From an uncultured Clostridia bacterium (GTDB lineage Bacteria > Bacillota > Clostridia > Christensenellales > UBA1242), in NCBI GenBank assembly GCA_947625515.1, contig CANQOO010000003.1:35240-99239 (forward strand): DNA of 64,000 bases. Reading direction: 5' to 3'. Below the pieces are notes generated by a model. It did no database searches, had not been told where the DNA came from, and saw nothing but the letters and a program-made list of their open reading frames with translations. Every line of letters starts with the position of its first letter. Within the stretch, counting starts at the first letter, position 1. Both the position numbers and the translations under genes were made by a program. Positions 61,659 to 64,000 of this stretch are shown here, piece after piece.

Positions 61659-62648
61659 TTGGAAAAAGCAAGCAAAAATTTCATATCCAACCTGAAAAAG
61701 CAAAAACGAGAAAACAAGTCTTTGCTTTTTTTGGATAACATCAAAATCATCAAGGACGCACTTTCAAACAAAACAATTTTGCCAAAATGCATCCTGACAA
61801 GCCTGGACGAAGAGGCGTTTGATGCACTTGAAATTCTGCCAAACACTTTCAGACGTGCAGCTTTTGGCAATGCGTCAGGACAAGCAAATGGACAAAGTGA
61901 CGGCACAAAAGCGGGGCGAATGAAAAGCGTCGTTTCAGAAGCCGTGCATTCAAAAAATGTTGACCCAAAAACTGAGCAGACTTGCAAGGCTCAAAACATT
62001 TCGTTTACAAAGCAAAGGGGTGAGCCTCAGAGCCTTTCGCAGGGACTTTCGTTTGAGGAGCAAATTCGTCTGATTGAACAGAGCGACGACTTGCCAATTT
62101 TTCGCGTTGACGAAAAAACAATCGAGCAACTTGCAGACACAAAAACACCACAGAAAGTATTATGCATTGCATACTACACACAACATCTTGTGGATATTCC
62201 AAAACACAACTTTCTTGTGCTGGATGGCTTGCAAGACCCGGGAAATGTTGGCACGCTCATCCGAACCGCGAAGGCAAGCGGCTTTGAGGATGTCATTCTG
62301 GTGGAGTGCGTTCGCAAAAACAACGAAAAGCTTATTCGAAGTTCGGTTGGGGCAGTGCTTTCCAGCAATGTTATGGAGATGAGGCGACAAGAATTTGTCG
62401 AATTCGCCACCAAGAATGCTCTCAATCTTATCTGCTGCGACATGGATGGGCAAAGCATTTTTTCCTTTCAGCCGCAGGGGCGAGTTGGCGTTGTTGTTGG
62501 CAGCGAAGGACAGGGCGTCAGCAAGGAAATCCGCTCGCTTTGCCGTCACATGGTGAAAATTCCAATGTGCGAGGGGATTGAAAGTTTAAACGCTGGCGTC
62601 AGCGGCAGCATAATTATGTATGAAATAAACAAGAACAAATTTAATTAA
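61659..62648 (+). CDS. TrmH/SpoU family RNA methyltransferase with ~80-aa insertion
   Basis: LDGLQDPGNVGTLIRTA, GSEGQG, IPM..ESLNAGVS; TTG start after GAGGAG. Confidence 0.9.
   Translation: MEKASKNFISNLKKQKRENKSLLFLDNIKIIKDALSNKTILPKCILTSLDEEAFDALEILPNTFRRAAFGNASGQANGQSDGTKAGRMKSVVSEAVHSKNVDPKTEQTCKAQNISFTKQRGEPQSLSQGLSFEEQIRLIEQSDDLPIFRVDEKTIEQLADTKTPQKVLCIAYYTQHLVDIPKHNFLVLDGLQDPGNVGTLIRTAKASGFEDVILVECVRKNNEKLIRSSVGAVLSSNVMEMRRQEFVEFATKNALNLICCDMDGQSIFSFQPQGRVGVVVGSEGQGVSKEIRSLCRHMVKIPMCEGIESLNAGVSGSIIMYEINKNKFN
62145..62197. repeat. Dispersed palindromic element copy 7 (inside the TrmH CDS)
   Basis: ACACCACAGAAAGTAT-TATGCA-T-TGCATACTAC-ACACAACATCTTGTGG; boxes 33 bp apart. Confidence 0.7.
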
Positions 62649-62780
62649 ATTTAAAAACCATTCATGGCAATTTGTTTTGAAAAATTGTTGCCATGTGATA
62701 TAATTAAATTATAAGTGAAATTTTCAGAAATAAGTTTGATACAATTTCGAAGAATTGCTTAAAACAAAAAGGAGAAAACT

Positions 62781-63512
62781 ATGTCCGGACATTCAAAATG
62801 GCATAACATTCAGGCTAAAAAAGGTAAAACTGATGCCGCAAGAGGCAAAATTTTCACAAAAATCGGCCGCGAAATCGCCGTGTGCGTTAAGCAGGGCGGC
62901 AGCGACCCGAATGTTAACAGTAAACTTAAAGACATAATCGCAAAGGCCAAGCAGAACAATATGCCAAGCGACAACATTGAACGCTCCATCAAAAAAGCGG
63001 CGGGCGAACTTGGCGGCGTGAACTATGAGGCCATCACATATGAGGGCTACGGCGTGGGCGGCTCCGCTGTGATTGTGGAATGTTTGACTGACAACAAAAA
63101 TCGCACCGCGGGCGATGTGCGTCACTCTTTTGATAAACATGGCGGCAGTTTGGGAAGCAACGGCTGCGTTTCCTATCTTTTCAAACGCCAGGGCATTGTG
63201 GTTGTTGTGGATGTGAAGGACGCCGAGGCACTTATGCTTGACGCCATTGAACTTGGTGCGACAGACGTTCAGGAAGATGAGGACAGCGTGGAGATTATCA
63301 CTCCGGCAAACGAACATGGCAAAATGCACGAAGAGTTGGAAAAGAAGGGCTATCATGTTGTTTCCAGCGAAACCGCTCTTGTGCCAGACATGTATGTTGA
63401 CCTGAGTGAAGACCAGCAAGCAAAATTCCAACGCATGCTTGACGCATTGGAAGATTTGGACGACGTTCAGGAGGTCTATCACAACGTAAATCTTCCGGAC
63501 GAGGAAGAATAA
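62781..63512 (+). CDS. YebC/PmpR family protein
   Basis: MSGHSKWHNI, YEGYG, TDNKNRT, LEDLDDVQEVYHN. Confidence 0.96.
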   Translation: MSGHSKWHNIQAKKGKTDAARGKIFTKIGREIAVCVKQGGSDPNVNSKLKDIIAKAKQNNMPSDNIERSIKKAAGELGGVNYEAITYEGYGVGGSAVIVECLTDNKNRTAGDVRHSFDKHGGSLGSNGCVSYLFKRQGIVVVVDVKDAEALMLDAIELGATDVQEDEDSVEIITPANEHGKMHEELEKKGYHVVSSETALVPDMYVDLSEDQQAKFQRMLDALEDLDDVQEVYHNVNLPDEEE

Positions 63513-63590
63513 TCCAAGGCTTTGAGAACATTTTTTCATACACTCCGTTTTTATTTGACAAGGCGGGGTGTTTTTTATTAAAATGATATC

Positions 63591-64000
63591 ATGAGAATTT
63601 TAGGAATTGACCCAGGATATGGCATTGTGGGCTTTGGCATCATCGACACGCACAGAGATAACGCCGTCGTGGACTATGGGGTGATTGAGACGCCTAAGGA
63701 AGAAAGCTTTCCAGTTCGACTGCAACGAATTGAGGAGAGTTTACGAGTGCTTTTCGAAAGATACAGGCCGGACGAGGTGGCGATTGAAGAGCTTTTCTAT
63801 TTCCGCAATCAAACCACCGTCATTCCAGTTGCGGAAGCCCGCGGGGTGATTGTGCTGACCGCCACGAAGCATTGCGAACGCATTTTTGAATACACTCCAA
63901 TGCAAATCAAGCAGGCCTTGACAGGCAACGGCCGCGCGGACAAGAAACAGATGCAATTTATGGTCAAGGCGGTGCTGGGGCTGGAAAAAATTCCAAAGCC
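63591..64000 (+). CDS. ruvC: Holliday junction resolvase (3' end outside window)
   Basis: MRILGIDPG, AIEELF, EARGVI, EYTPMQIKQALTGNGRADKKQ; missing from the ORF track because it is truncated. Confidence 0.95.
   Translation, partial: MRILGIDPGYGIVGFGIIDTHRDNAVVDYGVIETPKEESFPVRLQRIEESLRVLFERYRPDEVAIEELFYFRNQTTVIPVAEARGVIVLTATKHCERIFEYTPMQIKQALTGNGRADKKQMQFMVKAVLGLEKIPK

Overview
This is a core-genome segment of a spore-forming Clostridia-class bacterium; the apparent gene losses suggest a streamlined lineage (inference). It carries these clusters: rlmH; rpsB-tsf-frr-uppS-cdsA-rseP-(PolC-derived exonuclease)-rimP-nusA-ylxR-ylxQ-infB-rbfA-DHH-truB; efp; tdk; lepA-hemW; ylxM-ffh-rpsP-khpA-rimM-trmD-rbgA-yraN-rplS; trxB; lysS-nth-obgE-yhbY; rsfS; two ankyrin genes; rpiB; gap; the large SRP RNA; spoIIIAA-AH; asp23-nusB-xseAB-proS; infC-rpmI-rplT-trmH-yebC-ruvC. 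No transposase, integrase, reverse transcriptase, rRNA, tRNA or CRISPR array was seen. Five signals stand out. (1) A dispersed ~65-bp element in 7 copies, made of two NrdR-box-like 16-mers usually 33 bp apart around a TATGCA/TGCATA palindrome; one copy lies inside a gene and one supplies a stop codon. (2) A secreted protein with a poly-C tract in its promoter spacer and an adenine-depleted C-terminus resembling a diversity-generating retroelement (DGR) variable region, with no RT or template repeat in the window. (3) A PolC remnant (NTD-OB-Exo, no polymerase core) at the polC locus. (4) A degenerate CD-NTase-like protein. (5) Pervasive tandem duplications and in-frame insertions. All calls were made by eye; no database search was run.
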